Shown here piece after piece: positions 1-13,885 of a DNA stretch of 64,000 nt; the first letter of the stretch is position 1, and each line of letters opens with the position of its first letter. The position numbers and the translations under genes are program-made. Under the pieces are notes generated by a model, which searched no databases, was not told the origin of the DNA, and saw only the letters and a program-made list of their open reading frames with translations. The DNA is taken from assembly GCA_951406725.2 (NCBI GenBank), contig OX597824.1:29822001-29886000 (forward strand). The letters run 5' to 3'. This DNA is from Octopus vulgaris. Its lineage: Eukaryota.

Positions 1-366
1 TAAGAGATATTCAAAGACTGTAGTCACTAATTGTATTGCTTTTATTCCATTCCACCTGTTATCTGTTTATTTGATTATATTTTGTTGTGTTTTAGCTATC
101 TGCATGCAACACCTGTATTTGTTACACCTGCTCAAAAGATCTTTGCCGACGTGTAAAGAAACATTACCTTTCTTTCTCAAGTACTGTCAGTTCCAGAAGT
201 CTTGAAGCTTCTCGAGCTGCTGTTTATAGATATTGGGGTATTTTGTCTTTGTATTTTTATAAGGATTGTGAATGGATGTTGGTATTCATTTATGACCATA
301 CGAAAATATGTATATGTGTACAACATATATATATGTGTATAACATATATATATATATATATATGTG

Positions 367-435
<69 letters not shown>

Positions 436-555
436 ATAACATACATATATATATATATATATTATTCATTTATTCTTTTACCTGTTTCAGTCATTTGACT
501 GCGGTTATGCTGGAACACAGCCTGGAGGGATTTTATATATATATATATATATATA

Positions 556-743
556 TAAATGAGAAAAAACACCTTTTATCAATTCAATAATGAAAAATTA
601 AATTATACCATTTAGAAAGATTAATTATAAGATAAAACATAACAATGATTAAGTAATGTGCAAATAATAAATAAAGCGTATATATTTGGTAGAATAACGA
701 CACGTGTTTCGTGGCTATATTTAAGAAATGATAATAGTAAAAT

Positions 744-747
<4 letters not shown>
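556..747 (-). mobile_element. Penelope-like 3' fragment with half hammerhead motif, between (TA)n tracts
   Basis: Minus strand reads GAAACACGTGTC at 699-710 (GAAA, palindromic stem III, GTC triplet); no CTGANGA half before the TA tract. Confidence 0.5.
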
Positions 748-816
<69 letters not shown>

Positions 817-817
<1 letters not shown>

Positions 818-1720
818 GTCGTACAGTCAGCAACTCACGTCAGCTATGCTGAAGGTACAAAAGTATCACCAGTAGTCAAGCATTTTGATTATACCTCGAG
901 ACTACAGAAAGATCTGAATGCAATATAAACGTGAACTGAAGAAAGCCATATGCAGTTCAATGCTGACAAGTTTCTAGCACTCCGATATTGACTGTCTAAC
1001 AGATTGCAGTCAAAATACATAGGACCAGAGCATTGACATCTCGGATTCAAAAGTTGATACGTGACCAGAGAATTCACAGGTCTGGCGATGCATCATTCCG
1101 TGTGCATATTTCTAAAATGGCAAGCACATGTAGGCGATTAACTGGCCAGATTCGAAAATCATTTAGAACAAAGGAAAGGGAGAAACCATATTGCTCTGAC
1201 AGAGAACATTCGTGCTTAATCGTCTGGAATACTGCTGCCAATTATCGTCGCTGCAAAGCGACAAATTAACAGCAGAATCCAGGGCAATTCAATGCAATTA
1301 TACAAAGAGTTCCCAGGTGCAAAATATGGGCTTCCGGGGAAATATAAAAGCATTAAGACTTCACTTTCTGGAGAGAAGGCATGATAAGTATGCAGTAATA
1401 TACATCGAAGATTCTAGGTTCAGTGCCTGATTTTGGGATTGAAAGCTTTACCAGTCTGAGGACAACACGATTCCCAGGTTCAACTGTTCCTCCTTTGACA
1501 ATAAGTACCTGCAGTAGGTCCCTGTCCAAGGATTCGAATCCCAACCGTTAACTCCAAACTTTTGGAACGGTATTCGGCATGGATGTTTCCGGACCCATGT
1601 TAAGAAAAGTGGCGGGATAGAGCACATGACTAACAACCTTGCCTTTAGCATTCCACTTACTACAGAAATAAGATGCCCGACGCCCAGATGGGTACAGGTA
1701 GGCCTAATATATCCCAAATG
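817..1720 (+). pseudogene. Decayed LINE ORF2 3' portion (CR1-like reverse transcriptase)
   Basis: Translates SYAEGTK (YADDTK-like), LQKDLNAI, MQFNADKF, LNRLEYCCQL, LRLHFLERR with stops and frameshifts. Confidence 0.8.
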
Positions 1721-2001
1721 TATTATTATCTTGGGTGTCTGCTAGGTTGAGTCACCCCGTTATTGCAATATTTGTTATGAGTGTTCTTTTTGCTGATTAT
1801 CAAAGCTTTTGTTTCCTCCACGTATGTTCATTCAGTAAAACATTCTTTTATCATTTACAGTAGTTATAATGCTCTGCAGATCAGCACTATTGAAAGCTGG
1901 TAAGGCAGTGTCGTCTTTATATCGACTGCAACTGATGCCTATGTGCCACACTGACATTCCCGGGTCGTCTTCTTTTCTAAAGATCTTAGTGTGTACATTG
2001 T

Positions 2002-2222
2002 GAACGCACGTTGTTTAGTGGTTAGGGTATTTGTCTCGCGATCGTAAGGACGTGAGTTCAATTCCTGTCACACTCCATGTCACGCTGAATGTCCCTGAGA
2101 ACTACGTAATGGGTACACGTGTCTGTGGAGTGCGCGGCCACTTGCACGTTAATTTCACGAGCAGGCTGTTCCATTGATCGGATTAACTGGAACACTCGTC
2201 GTCGTAACCGACGGAGTGCCAG
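2002..2222 (+). mobile_element. SINE family D, internally deleted
   Basis: Decayed tRNA head joined to the tail GAGAACTACGT..GGGTACACGTGTCTGTGGAG..GTAACCGACGGAGTG also seen at 3979 and 13886. Confidence 0.75.
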
Positions 2223-2295
2223 TTAAAAGTGTATACATTAAATACACTACAGGATAGTATAGTTAAATACATTAGAGGATAGCACACCACTATTT

Positions 2296-2872
2296 ACTTC
2301 TTTATTGCCCACCGGGGGCTAAACATAGAAGGGACAAACAAGGACAGACAAACGGAATAAGTCGATTACATCGACCCCAGTGCGTAACTGGGGTCGAGGC
2401 AAAGTCGACCTCAGCGGAATTTGAACTCAGAACGTAGCGGCTGGCGAAATACCTATTTCTTTACTACCCTCAAGGGGCTAAACACAGAGAAGACAAACAA
2501 GGACAGACAAATGGATTAAGTCGGTTATATCGACCCCATTGCGTAACTGGTACTTATTTAATCGACCTCGAAAAGGATGAAAGGCAAAGTCGACCTCGGC
2601 GGAATTTGAACTCGGAACGTAGCGGCTGACGAAATACCTATTTCTTTATTACCCACAAGGGGCTAAACACAGAGGGGACAAACAAGGACTGACATAGGTA
2701 TTAAGTCGATTACATCGACCCCAGTGCGTAACTGGTACTTAATTTATCGACCCCGAAAGGATGAAAGGCAAAGCCGACCTTGGCGGAATTTGAACTCAGA
2801 ACGTAGCGGCTAACGAAATACCGCTAAGCATTTCGCCCGACGTGTTAACGATTCTGCCAGCTCGCTGCCTTA
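2296..2872 (-). mobile_element. SINE family B, head plus 3 tandem body units (one deleted)
   Basis: tRNA-like head with B box GAGTTCAAATTCC; ~185-bp repeats; flanking direct repeat AGCACACc/gACTATTT at 2281-2295 and 2873-2887. Confidence 0.9.
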
Positions 2873-2939
2873 AGCACACGACTATTTGTGAGTCGGTTAA
2901 TTTTAAATCCTGGGGGTTTCCCCCGTTTAATTCTTACCA

Positions 2940-4545
2940 CAGCTGTTTAATCTCTTGTATATATTTTTTCCCGTAATTTAAAGTATTCGAAATTCTGACA
3001 GACATTCGATCATCCCTTCATGTCAAATGCCTTCGTTTTGCTTTATAATTCATTTGTGAACATTCTAATTTATGTCCACAGCGCTTTCACATATGGTTCA
3101 TTGGTTAAATATTCTTTCACAAATTCTCAATCTTCGTCTGAATCCACTTTGCAGTTGACTTACATATTTTTGATGTAATTCTTTGGTGGCTGATATTTTT
3201 AGTTAGTAATTCAGTCACATGACTCATTTAGCTTACGCTTCTAAAGTGTGCAGTTTTGTGCTTTTAGTCTCTTTGGTAATAGAACAAAGATAGATTGTTT
3301 CATCTCGGTTAGTTATGTGTCTACTGTCATATATTACATCACATAAGTCTGTTATTAAATCTAGGTTGTGGTTATCTAATGCCTTTAATGTTTCATGCTG
3401 CTGTTTCATTTACTCCAGTTATCTCTCCATCTTTCATTACTTCATTGCCTTTTCTAAATTTTCTTTCAAGATTTCGTTTCCATTAACAGCTTCGAAAATT
3501 AGGCAGGTCTGTTCTCCTCCTCATCGTACAGTTTCTTTTATGTAGTCAACCCATCTAGATGCAATCTGCTGCTCATGGATAAACACTATGTTTCCATTCT
3601 TCTCTTTAATGTTACCACTCTGTCTACTCAGGCATTTGCTGTTTGTGATTCTTTCGATTTATGTTGGTTATTAAGTTTTTTCAATTTCTAGACATTGATC
3701 ATCCAGCCATTTCGCTTTCACTTTTGCTTTTCTGCATCCAGAACAGATTTATTTAGAGTATTCTATCAATCTTAATCTTTAGTCTTTTATCTTTCTTTCA
3801 ATCATTTTCGGTAGAATTTCAGCAATTATTCATTGCTCTTCTTTTCTCCTTCTCCTCTCCTCTTCCAGGTAATGTCTTCTTTAGCAATGTTTTATGCAAA
3901 TTTTAATTGTTTTCCATTTTTATTTTATTTTTTTCTTTATTAAATACTTTTATATTTTCATTATATAAAGTTTTGTATGTGAGGGCGCGTGGCTTAGTGG
4001 TTAGGGCATTCGGCTCATGATCGTAAGGTTGTGAGTTCGATTCCCGGCGACGCGTTGTGTCCTTGAGCAAGACACTTTATTTCACGTTGCTCCAGTCCAC
4101 TCAGCTGGCAAAAATGAGTTGTACTTGTATTTCAAAGGGTCAGCCTTGTCACTCTCTGTGTCACGCTGATTATCCCCGAGAACTACGTTAAGGGTACACG
4201 TGTCTGTGGAATGCTCAGCCATTTGCACGTTAATTTCACGAGCAAGCTGTTCCGTTGATCGTATCAGCTGGGACCCTCGTCGTCGTAACCGGCGGATTCT
4301 TTTAAAAATATAAAGTTTTGTATTCCAACATTATATGTCTCCAATATTCTGCCTGTTTTAACTAGTTTGAGCGTAATTATTCCCAACCTTTTAGCTATTT
4401 AAATTTCCTTAGATTTAATTTATGATTTAATTACCCTCAGATATAATTTATGATTTAATTGCCCGTAGATTACGGTCTGAATAGATGTCTCCTCCAGGAG
4501 ATGTTTTTGGAAGTTTCACCATTTCTAAATTGTTGATTTATTACA
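2940..4545 (-). pseudogene. Decayed RTE-like LINE (end of AP endonuclease through start of RT), split by a SINE
   Basis: Minus strand: INQQFRNG..TSPGGDIYSDRN (PGADIxSDHN-like), RWVDYIKELYD, LKALDNHN, KAFD; many stops. Confidence 0.75.
3979..4307 (+). mobile_element. SINE family D, full length, CORE-like central domain
   Basis: A box TGGCTTAGTGG, B box GTTCGATTCC, GTGTCCTTGAGCAAGACACTT core; 16-bp TSD ATATAAAGTTTTGTAT (3963-3978, 4308-4323). Confidence 0.93.
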
Positions 4546-4676
4546 CGGGTCGCTTCGAGCGCAAAAAGGCACCCAAGTGACCACCCACAATGCTCAGGAT
4601 GACTTGGGATCTCGGAACGAAACCTATCTTTACTCGTGCTTTCTAGTATTCATTCATCACAGATTCGTTATATATT

Positions 4677-4882
4677 GTAGTAAGAAATTTGCCTCCTAAC
4701 CACATGGTCCCGGGTTCAATCCCACTGCGTGGAATCTTAGGCAAGTGTCTTCTATTATAGCCTCGGGCCGACCAAAGCTTTGTGTGTGGATTTGGTAGAT
4801 AGAAACTGAAAGAAACCCGTTGTATGTATATATATATGTGTGTGTGTGCGTGCGTGCGTGTGTTTGTGTGAAAGAGAGAGAG

Positions 4883-4948
<66 letters not shown>

Positions 4949-5158
4949 TATGTATATAAGTGTGTGCGTGTCTTTGTGTTTGTGTTTGTCCCCCAGCACC
5001 GCTTGAAACTCAGAGAATTTTGTCGTATATACATATATATCAACGTGTGTGTGTCGTTATGTCTATGTTTTCCCCCTTCCACCGCTTGACAGCCGTTGTT
5101 GGTATGTTTACGTCTCCGTAGCGGTTCGGCAAAAGGCGCCTATAGATTCAGTACCAGG
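4677..5158 (+). mobile_element. SINE family A, diverged, expanded internal (TG)n
   Basis: Aligns to family A (CCACATGGT..CCCACTGCGTGG..GGCAAGTGTCTTCT..GATTTGGTAGA). Confidence 0.85.
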
Positions 5159-5199
5159 GGAAAAAAATTAAACATAGCCGTAGTCTGATAGCTGAAACA

Positions 5200-5400
5200 A
5201 ATGGGAGATAACAGGTAAACTATAAACAGCCGTGAGAACTAGAATAGGTGTACGAGGATTTAGTTAAGTACATGAGGAGACTCAATATTAATAACCACGA
5301 CTGGATCACAGCAACTCAGGATAGAGACCTATGGAAGAATACGATTTAAGGCCATACAAAAGGTCAGTCATCGTCGATGTTGACGTAAAACTTACGAGCT
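5200..5400 (+). pseudogene. RTE-like LINE extreme 3' end
   Basis: VYEDLVKYMRRLNINNHDWITATQDRDLWKNTI* resembles the RTE C-terminal W..AQDR..W motif. Confidence 0.5.
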
Positions 5401-5544
5401 AACAGAGATAATCTCTTCGTGGTTGCTCACACTGCTAGAAACAGCAGGTAGATTCTCAGTCAAATACAACCTTCTACCGCCACACAAAAAAAGCAAACAA
5501 AAAATGCGGGTATATGGAAAATTGTACTTCCGCATACACTATGT

Positions 5545-5835
5545 TCTTTTCTACTCTAGGCACAAGGCCCGAAATTTTGGTGGCGGGACCAGTCGATTTG
5601 ATCGACCCCAGTACGCAACTGGTACTTAATTTATCGACCTCGGCGGAATTTGAACTCAGAACATAGAGACAGACGAAATACCTATTTCTTTACTACCCAC
5701 AAGGGGCTAAACACAGAGAGGACAAACAAGGACAGACAAACGGATTAAGTCGATTACATCGACCCCAGTACGTAACTGGTACTTATTTAATCGACCCCGA
5801 TAGGATGAAAGGCTAAGTCGACCTCAACGCCGCTT
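5545..5835 (-). mobile_element. SINE family B, partial tandem units
   Basis: Same body and GACGAAATACCTATTTCTTT junction as 2296-2872. Confidence 0.85.
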
Positions 5836-5860
5836 ACATATATTCTTACTCCATAGGCAC

Positions 5861-6300
5861 AGGCGTGGTTGTGTGGTAAAGAGCTTGTTCCCAACCACAT
5901 GGTTCCATGTTCAGTCCCACTCTGTGGCATCTTGGGCAAGTGTCTTCTACTATAGCCTCAGGCCAGCCAACGATTTGTGCGTGTATTTGGTAGACGGAAA
6001 CTGAAAGAAACCTGTCGCATAAATGTGTGTGCGCGTGCGCGTGTACGTGTGTGCATACGTGTGTGTGTATGTGTGTGTGCGTGTGCGTATGTGCGTATTT
6101 GTCACCCACCACCGCTTGACAAATGTGTTGGTTTGTTTACATCCCCGTAGCGTAACGGTTTGACAAAAGAAACCCATAGAATCAGTAACAGGCTTTAAAA
6201 AGAATTAAGTACTGAGGCCAATTCACATGATTTAAAATTTCTTCAAGGCGGAGCCCCAGCATGGCCACAGTCTAATAAGTGAAACAAGTAAACGATAAAA
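5861..6300 (+). mobile_element. SINE family A, older copy
   Basis: Family A head, body and CCAGCATGGCCACAGTC..GAAACAAGTAAA tail. Confidence 0.85.
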
Positions 6301-6504
6301 GATACAACTATACAAAAATAGAACCAACAAACTGGGACACAGGCCGGAAGTAGGCCGGAAGTTGATAAAGCATGTCATTGATGAGATAGAAAATAGCGAC
6401 GAAAAGAATTTCATAATCTTAGCTGATTGACTAATTAAACGAGTAATTATTCAAACAATTTATTAGTTAATTGACTAAATGCTAGCAAATAGACTAATGA
6501 TAAT

Positions 6505-6709
6505 GGTGTCAAATGTTGGTACATGGCCGGAAAGTTTAAGGGAGGGAACAAGTCGACTATATCGACCCCGGTGTTGGACTGGTACGTATTTCAACGATCC
6601 GAAAAACGATGAAAAGTAAAGTCAGCGCCGGTAGCATTTGAACTCAGAACGTGAAGATGGACGAAATGCTGCTAAGCGTGCTAACGATTCTGCCAGCTCC
6701 CCGCCTTAT
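6505..6709 (-). mobile_element. SINE family B-related, diverged
   Basis: TTTGAACTCAGAACGT..GCTAACGATTCTGCCAGCTC matches the family B head. Confidence 0.75.
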
Positions 6710-7165
6710 AATTAACTAATAATAATGGAAGAAGTGAAACAGAACCAGTGCGTGTGTTCATCATTATAGGGGTAATGACCCTCCCGAAATATCGCAAAAT
6801 TCGTTTCAACACTCGATTTTACATCATGAATCTTGCAAACCAAATACAAAAACGAAAAATAAATCTATGTATTTGATTTTATGAAGAGAAAAAAAAAATC
6901 GTTTCCTTCCGTCCATTTTCTTCGTATTTGACACTACGGAAACAAGTGGTCTAGTGCTGGAGTTGCTGATGTTGCTGCTGTTCTTGTTGTTCCCCTTATA
7001 GTTGTTTTTACAGTAGATAGAGAAATACAGGTGGACTTTGTGACACTTTATATATCAGCAGGAAACAATAAGAACTGGTGGGGTGGGGAACAGTGCTTTG
7101 TACAATATAACGTTTAGAAATCACCTGTTTATATCGCTCTGTACGCACGTAATGATATGTGTGTG

Positions 7166-7206
<41 letters not shown>

Positions 7207-7386
7207 GGAGAGAATGAGAGAGGGGGTGGGGAAACAAAGAAATAGAAAAGTGTCAGATAGGAAATAGCAAAACGAAATAGTCATAAAACTGAGGGATAGT
7301 AAAAGCACAACTTGTAAAATGCGTGTGTGTGTGTGTGAGTGTGTGAGTATGTGTGTGAGTGTATGTGTGTTTGTAGTGTGTGTATG

Positions 7387-7418
<32 letters not shown>

Positions 7419-7803
7419 AGAGTGAGTGAGTGTGAGTGAGTGAGTGTGAGTGTGTGTGTGTGTGAGTGTATCTGGGTTTGTAGTGTGTCTATGTATATAT
7501 GTGTGTGTGCATGTGTGTGTACACACATACATATATATACGTATGTATAAACATAGATACAAGTATATATGTATGTGTGTGCGTGTGTATGTAAGTATGT
7601 AAGTATGTATATATGTATGTATATAAATATAGTGACTGGGTCGTAAGAAGCTTGCTTCCCAGTTACATGGTTCCGGGTTCAGTCCCACTGCGTGGCACTT
7701 TAGGTAAGTGTTTTTCTATTATAGCCTTGTGAGTGGATTTGGTAGACGGAAACTAAAAGAAGCCTGTCGTGTATATACATGTGTGTATATGTATGTATGA
7801 GTT

Positions 7804-7951
<148 letters not shown>

Positions 7952-8483
7952 GTATATATATATATATATTAGAAGAAATGAGGTAATCAGAAGATCGGAT
8001 GGTTCATATATATGTACGTGTGTGTGTGTATGTGTAAACATATATGTATGTGGCTCTGCATGTGTGTATATGTATATGCTTATGTGTAAAACTATACAGC
8101 GCAAAATATTTAACGAAACGAGAAAAAATTCACTAGAATCTTGAGAAGAGACTCCTAAAAGAAAAGCGCAATATTTTAAAACACGAGTTTATTACATGAA
8201 AATAGGAAACGATAAGACTGAAATAGACATTACGAGAGAACAAGAGATATGAAATATAAGCAAACCCTTCTGAAGCCCTCACCTGGACACACTTTGGTTT
8301 CGATACCTTATACAAACACCCGAATACAGACACAACTTCGCTTTTCTTGCGATTGACTGTAAATTTTATTTCCTTGGCTTCCACTCACAAGATATTAGTC
8401 CTACATACGTAATATGGTACTTTTCTCTGCGGAGAGAGCTACTTCTTTGTAGGAGGTATAACTTTCCTTCTTCCTTTATAGTA

Positions 8484-8896
8484 TTACTCTTTTACTTGTT
8501 TCAGTCATTTGACTGCGGCCATGCTGGAGCACCGACTTTAGTCGAGCAAATCGACCCCAGGACTTATTCTTTGGAAGACTAGTACTTATTCTATCGATCT
8601 GTTTTGCCGAAACGCTAAGTTACGGGGACTTAAACACACCACTATCGGTTGTCAAGCGATGTTAAGGGACAAACACGGACACACAAACATATACACACAC
8701 ATACGATACATATATATATGTATTTAAATATACGACGGGCTTCTTTCAGTTTCTGTCTACCAAATCCACTCACAAGGCTTTGATCGGCCCGAGGTTATAA
8801 TAGAAGACACTTGCCCAAGGTGCCACGCAGTGGGAATGAACCCGGAACCATGTGGTTGGTAAGCAAGCTACTTACCACACAGCCACTCCTGCGCCT
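8484..8896 (-). mobile_element. SINE family A, full length
   Basis: Complete reverse copy from AGGCGCAGGAGTGGCTGTGTGG to AAGTAAAAGAGTAA. Confidence 0.92.
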
Positions 8897-9273
8897 AAAT
8901 TTTTTTTTTTCCTTTGGTCTATTTTCGATTGTTCTTTTTAGATAGTCTGCTTCTCTCTATCAACCTCCCTCCGATCTTTATTCCTTTTTCTTTTTTCAGT
9001 TTTCGCGGATATCCCTGACTTTTTGTCACCATCTAATTCCATTATAATGAATTTGAATAGAGAACTTGAATCAAAGTATTAGTCTTTCATTAACTGATTA
9101 CTCAAACATGGACGCCACCCCTATGGATGTGTTACAGTTACTTTCTTGATAGAACCTGGTGATCCTGACCGTTGAGCTTCTAGGATTCCTCTGCTTTGCA
9201 TCAGATGTAAAAAGCACGATTGACTGAGCTGAGCTCTTCCGCTATGTCTTCGCAGTTTGCATTGACACAATTC

Positions 9274-9610
9274 CATGACTTCGCCGTATCCCTGGCTTTG
9301 TGGGTGGGATAGTTCCAGATTGGTACTAGCTGGTCTTATTCTTGTAATAGTTGTTGCTACTATGGATGACTTTTATTGTCTTCGCTGATTATATTTGGAA
9401 AAGTGATTAGGAGAGCAATGCAGAGTTATTTACCTGCTCATGACTTTGCCATATCCGTGGCTTTGGGGGTGGGATAGTTCCAGATCGATTAGTACTAGCT
9501 GGTCTTATTCTTATAATAGTTGTTGCTTCTATGGATGACTCATTGTCTTTGCTGATTATATTAGGAAAAGTGATAATGAGGGCGATGCAGAGCTATTTGC
9601 CTGCTCATGA
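9274..9610. repeat. Tandem duplication, 2 x ~165 bp
   Basis: CATGACTT..GGGATAGTTCCAGAT..GTACTAGCTGGTCTTATTCTT..CCTGCT starts at 9274 and 9439. Confidence 0.9.
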
Positions 9611-10831
9611 TTTCTCCTTGGTATCGCCCTAAGACAACGATAATTTGTCAGTTTTGCAATTGTTCTTCTAGAATTTCTGCTCAAAAGCTTTTAGTTTGAG
9701 TTTTGCTGCTACATATGAAGCAGCTAGGCCGTCATTTTTTAATGTTAAGCTTTTTGCGTCCTCTTCTCGGCACCCTCCACATGACACAGTTCTGGTATTG
9801 TTTTTTGTGGCTTTCATGAGGACTTGTCTCCCGCAGTGACCCACCCAGTCACAGATGGCCAGGTGTTACATCTACACTGACATAATGGTTTCAAATTTTG
9901 GTACAAGGCCAGCAATTTTGGGAGGAGAGGATAAGTCAATTACATTGACTCCAAGTACTCCACTGGTATTTTTTATCGACTTCAAAGGATTAAAAACATC
10001 GACCCCAGCGGAATTTGAACTCAGAGCGTAAAGAGAGATGAAATTCATTGTTGGTTTTGTTTGAAAGTCACTTTTATTACACAGGAATTGCATTTTCAAG
10101 CTATCCAATGTTCGGATGCTGTTATACACGGTTGGTCACAAAGCGCTTGGCATTGGTTTGACTTTTGAATGATTCTACACCGCTGCCTGAGTGGATGGAC
10201 ACAGTTTCCCCTCAACGAGACACCAGTGCGCCGCAAGGTTATCCATTTGCAGCTGAAAGGACAAGAGTAAGTGTTTTGCTAAAAAAAAAAATACACCACA
10301 AACTAACGATTGTTGGTGCAGTGCACTAAACTCTAGGCCACGTACCTTAACAAACGTACACGCACAGACACATATATCCATATATAAATGTATTTGCGTA
10401 TATTATGCATGTATATATGTACACACTTCGTACATGTAGTATTCACGTCTATCTGCATATATACTTATATACACGTATATGCGTGCTTGACCTCATAAAA
10501 ACTACAAGTTTGTCTAATTATCTTCCCTTGACTACTTGACTACACAATTGAGCAATTTTCATGTTTGTTTGTTTTTTTTTTCTCATTTAAAACATTGTCT
10601 AGACTGCATGATTGCAAACATTTCGGAGTTTTACGGTTGTTCTGTATACTTAAATACATACATACACACAAGCATATTCACACGCACACACACACACAGA
10701 CACAGACAAACACACACACATATACATATAATTATACATATATATATATATATATATATATGTGTACACACACAGACATATGTATATGTATGACTGTAAA
10801 AACATTTACACACACGTATATAAATGTGTGC

Positions 10832-11230
10832 GGCTGTGTGGTAAGTAGCCTGCTAACCAACCACATGGTTCCGGGTTCAGTCCCACTGCGTGGCATCTTG
10901 GGCAAGTGTCTTCTGCTATAGCCCCGGGCCGACCAATGCCTTGTGAGTGGATTTGGTAGACGGAAACTGAAAGAAGCCTGTCGTATATATGTATATATAT
11001 ATATATGTATGTGTGTGCTTGTGTGTCTGTGTTTGTCCCCCTAGCATTGCTTGACAACCGATGCTGGTGTGTTTACGTCCCCGTCACTTAGCGGTTCGGC
11101 AAAAGAGACCGATAGAATAAGTACTGGGCTTACAAAGAATAAGTCCCGGGGTCGATTTGCTCGACTAAAAGGCGGTGCTCCAGCATGGCCGCAGTCAAAT
11201 GACTGAAACAAGTAAAAGAGTAAAAGAGTA
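10832..11230 (+). mobile_element. SINE family A, young copy
   Basis: Near-identical to 37373, 43373 and 60887; (AAAAGAGT)n tail. Confidence 0.93.
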
Positions 11231-11531
11231 ATATATATATATATATATATATACGTTAACTGTTTCAGTCACCCTATCCCTGTGGCCATACTGGGGCTCG
11301 CCTTGAAATTTCTTTGTTTTAGGTGTTCATTTCGTCGAATGAATCTACTCGGGTACTTCATTTTTTAACCTAGGAACTTATTCTATCGGTACCTTTGCCG
11401 AACCGGTAAGTTACGGGGACGTAAACACACCAACGTCGGTTGCCAAGCAATGGTGGGGTGTGGACAAGCACAGACATACAAACATATAGAAATATATATG
11501 TATATATATATATATTTATATATATTTATAT

Positions 11532-11594
<63 letters not shown>

Positions 11595-11597
<3 letters not shown>

Positions 11598-11984
11598 TCT
11601 TTTACTTGTTTCAGTCATTTGACTGCGGCCATGCTGGAGCACCGCCTTTAGTCGAGCAACTCGACCCCGGGACTTATTCTTTGTAAGCCCACTACTTATT
11701 CTATCGGTATCTTTTGCCGAACCGCTAAGTTACACGGACGTAAACACACCAGCATCGGTTGTCAAGCAATGCTAGGGGGACAAACACACACACACAAACA
11801 TATATATATATACATATATACGACGGGTTTCTTTCAGTTTCCGTCTACCAAATCCACTCACAAGGCATTGGTCGGCCCGGGGCTATAGTAGAAGACACTT
11901 GCCCAAGGTGCCACGTGGTGGGACTGAACCCAGAACCATGTGGTTGGTAAGCAAGCTACTGACCACACAGCCACTCCTGCGCCT
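11595..11984 (-). mobile_element. SINE family A, full length
   Basis: Reverse copy; further partial copies at ~11255-11480 and ~12000-12140. Confidence 0.92.
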
Positions 11985-12169
11985 ATATATATATATATTT
12001 CTTTCAATTTCCATCTACCAAATCCACTCACAAAACTTTGGTCGACCCTAGGCTATAGTAGAAGACACTTTCCCAAGGTGCCATGCATTGGTACTGAACC
12101 CGGAACCATATGGTTGGGAAGCAAGCTACTTACCACACAGACACGCCCGCCGTTGCAATTATATATATG

Positions 12170-12240
<71 letters not shown>

Positions 12241-12702
12241 GTATGTATGTACATATGTATGTACGTATGTATGTATATGTATGTATGTATGTATGTATGC
12301 ATGTATGTATGTATGTATGTATGTATTTATGTATGTATGTATGTATGTATTTATGTATGTATGTATGGACGTATGTGTATGTGTATTTATGCAATGATGA
12401 ATGGCATCGATTCTCGTCCAACAACGACTGTATATAAAACTGAAACTTAAAAATATGCAAGTCACATGTCTCTCTTCTGTCATCATATAATGTTATTATG
12501 ACATTCATTCTATGCAAGCAGATCTATTTTGGTGTTCTTACTATTAGAGTCTGCGGAAGTTTCATTTCTCGCTTTGATCGTATTTCTATCTCTATCTCTG
12601 TCTTTCTGTCTGTTTATCTGTCTGTCTCTCTCTCTCTCACTCTCTCTCTTTATCTCTCTCTCTATCTCTCTATCTCTCCACATATATACACGTATATGTA
12701 TG

Positions 12703-12807
<105 letters not shown>

Positions 12808-12854
12808 ATATATGTATGTATGTATGTAGGTATGTATGTATGTATGTATGTATT

Positions 12855-13258
12855 CTTTTATTCTTTTACTTGTTTCTGTTATCTGATTGTGGCCATGCAA
12901 GAGCATTGCCTTTTAGTCAAAGAAATCGAACCCTAGACTTCTTCTTTGTAATCCTGGTGCATATCCTATCGTTATCTTCTACCGAACCGCTAAGTTACAC
13001 GGACGTAAACACACTAACATCGGTTGTCAAGCGATGGTGGAGGGGACAAACACAGACTTAAACAAACACACATAAATATATGCATGCCTATATATATATA
13101 TATCAACGGGCTTCTTTCAGTTTCCGTCTACCAAATCCACTCATAAGGTTTTGGTCGGCGCGAGGCTATAGTAGAAGACACTTGCCCAAGGTGCCGCATA
13201 GTGGGACTGAACCCGGAACCATGTGGTTGGGAAGCAACCTTCTTACCACTCAGCCACG
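12855..13258 (-). mobile_element. SINE family A
   Basis: Reverse copy with diverged tail. Confidence 0.88.
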
Positions 13259-13347
13259 CATATATACATATACATATATGTGTGTGTGTGTGTGTGTGTG
13301 TGTACATACATATGTTTTTATTCTATCCCTGTTTATTTTCTCTTATT

Positions 13348-13384
13348 CCTTTCTGATGAAGAGCGTAGCCTCGAAACGCAAAAG
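13348..13384 (+). ncRNA. Minimal type I hammerhead ribozyme motif in PLE-derived fragment (~13315-13500)
   Basis: cttt-CTGATGA-a-gag(cgtagc)ctc-GAAAC-GCA-aaag; stem I cttt/aaag; GCA where GTA is expected, so probably inactive. Confidence 0.7.
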
Positions 13385-13885
13385 ACTTTCTCACTTTCCC
13401 GAGCGTCAAACTAATACACCTGCCAGTTGTTCATACACCTGTCTTCGTCTTTTGTATTCATACTCGTTTTTTTTTATATTCATAATTGTATTCTCCATAT
13501 AAATAGATTCAATAAGCATTTTGAGTTCAGAAGAATCTAATATTTTCTTCCTTTCAAAGCAAAGGGGTAACGTCGGCGTAAATAAATAAATTTTGGGATA
13601 ATTGATTAAAATGTTCTTTTACCCTTGGCCTAGACTAACCTGATGAGGACATTGATATTTACCAAAACTTCAGATGAATATATCAAGCTTTATCAAAAAG
13701 GACGGTTCAAAGCAGGCTAAAACTACCGGCTATTTAGCAATCATGGCTCTGGATCATAGACATGCTAAAGACAACAGACGAGCAGTCGTTGTTGACTACT
13801 GCAAGTGATGAGTACACGTGTACTTATTAACACTGGTCACGTCCGTCGTCATTGTCGTTATTGCCGTTGCGGTCATGTATCGTAG

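Noticed and set aside
2296-2872. CRISPR-like periodicity in tandem units (also 26007-26485)
   Set aside because: Whole units repeat with no unique spacers; eukaryotic context and no cas genes
8133-9270. Possible LINE ORF1 or host exon on minus strand
   Set aside because: No recognisable motif; interrupted by stops and a SINE
11759-11950. Recurrent peptide [23 protein letters not shown] resembling a gene family
   Set aside because: Antisense translation of SINE family A
13636-13675. CTGATGAGG..CAAAAC hammerhead candidate
   Set aside because: No GAAA and no convincing stems
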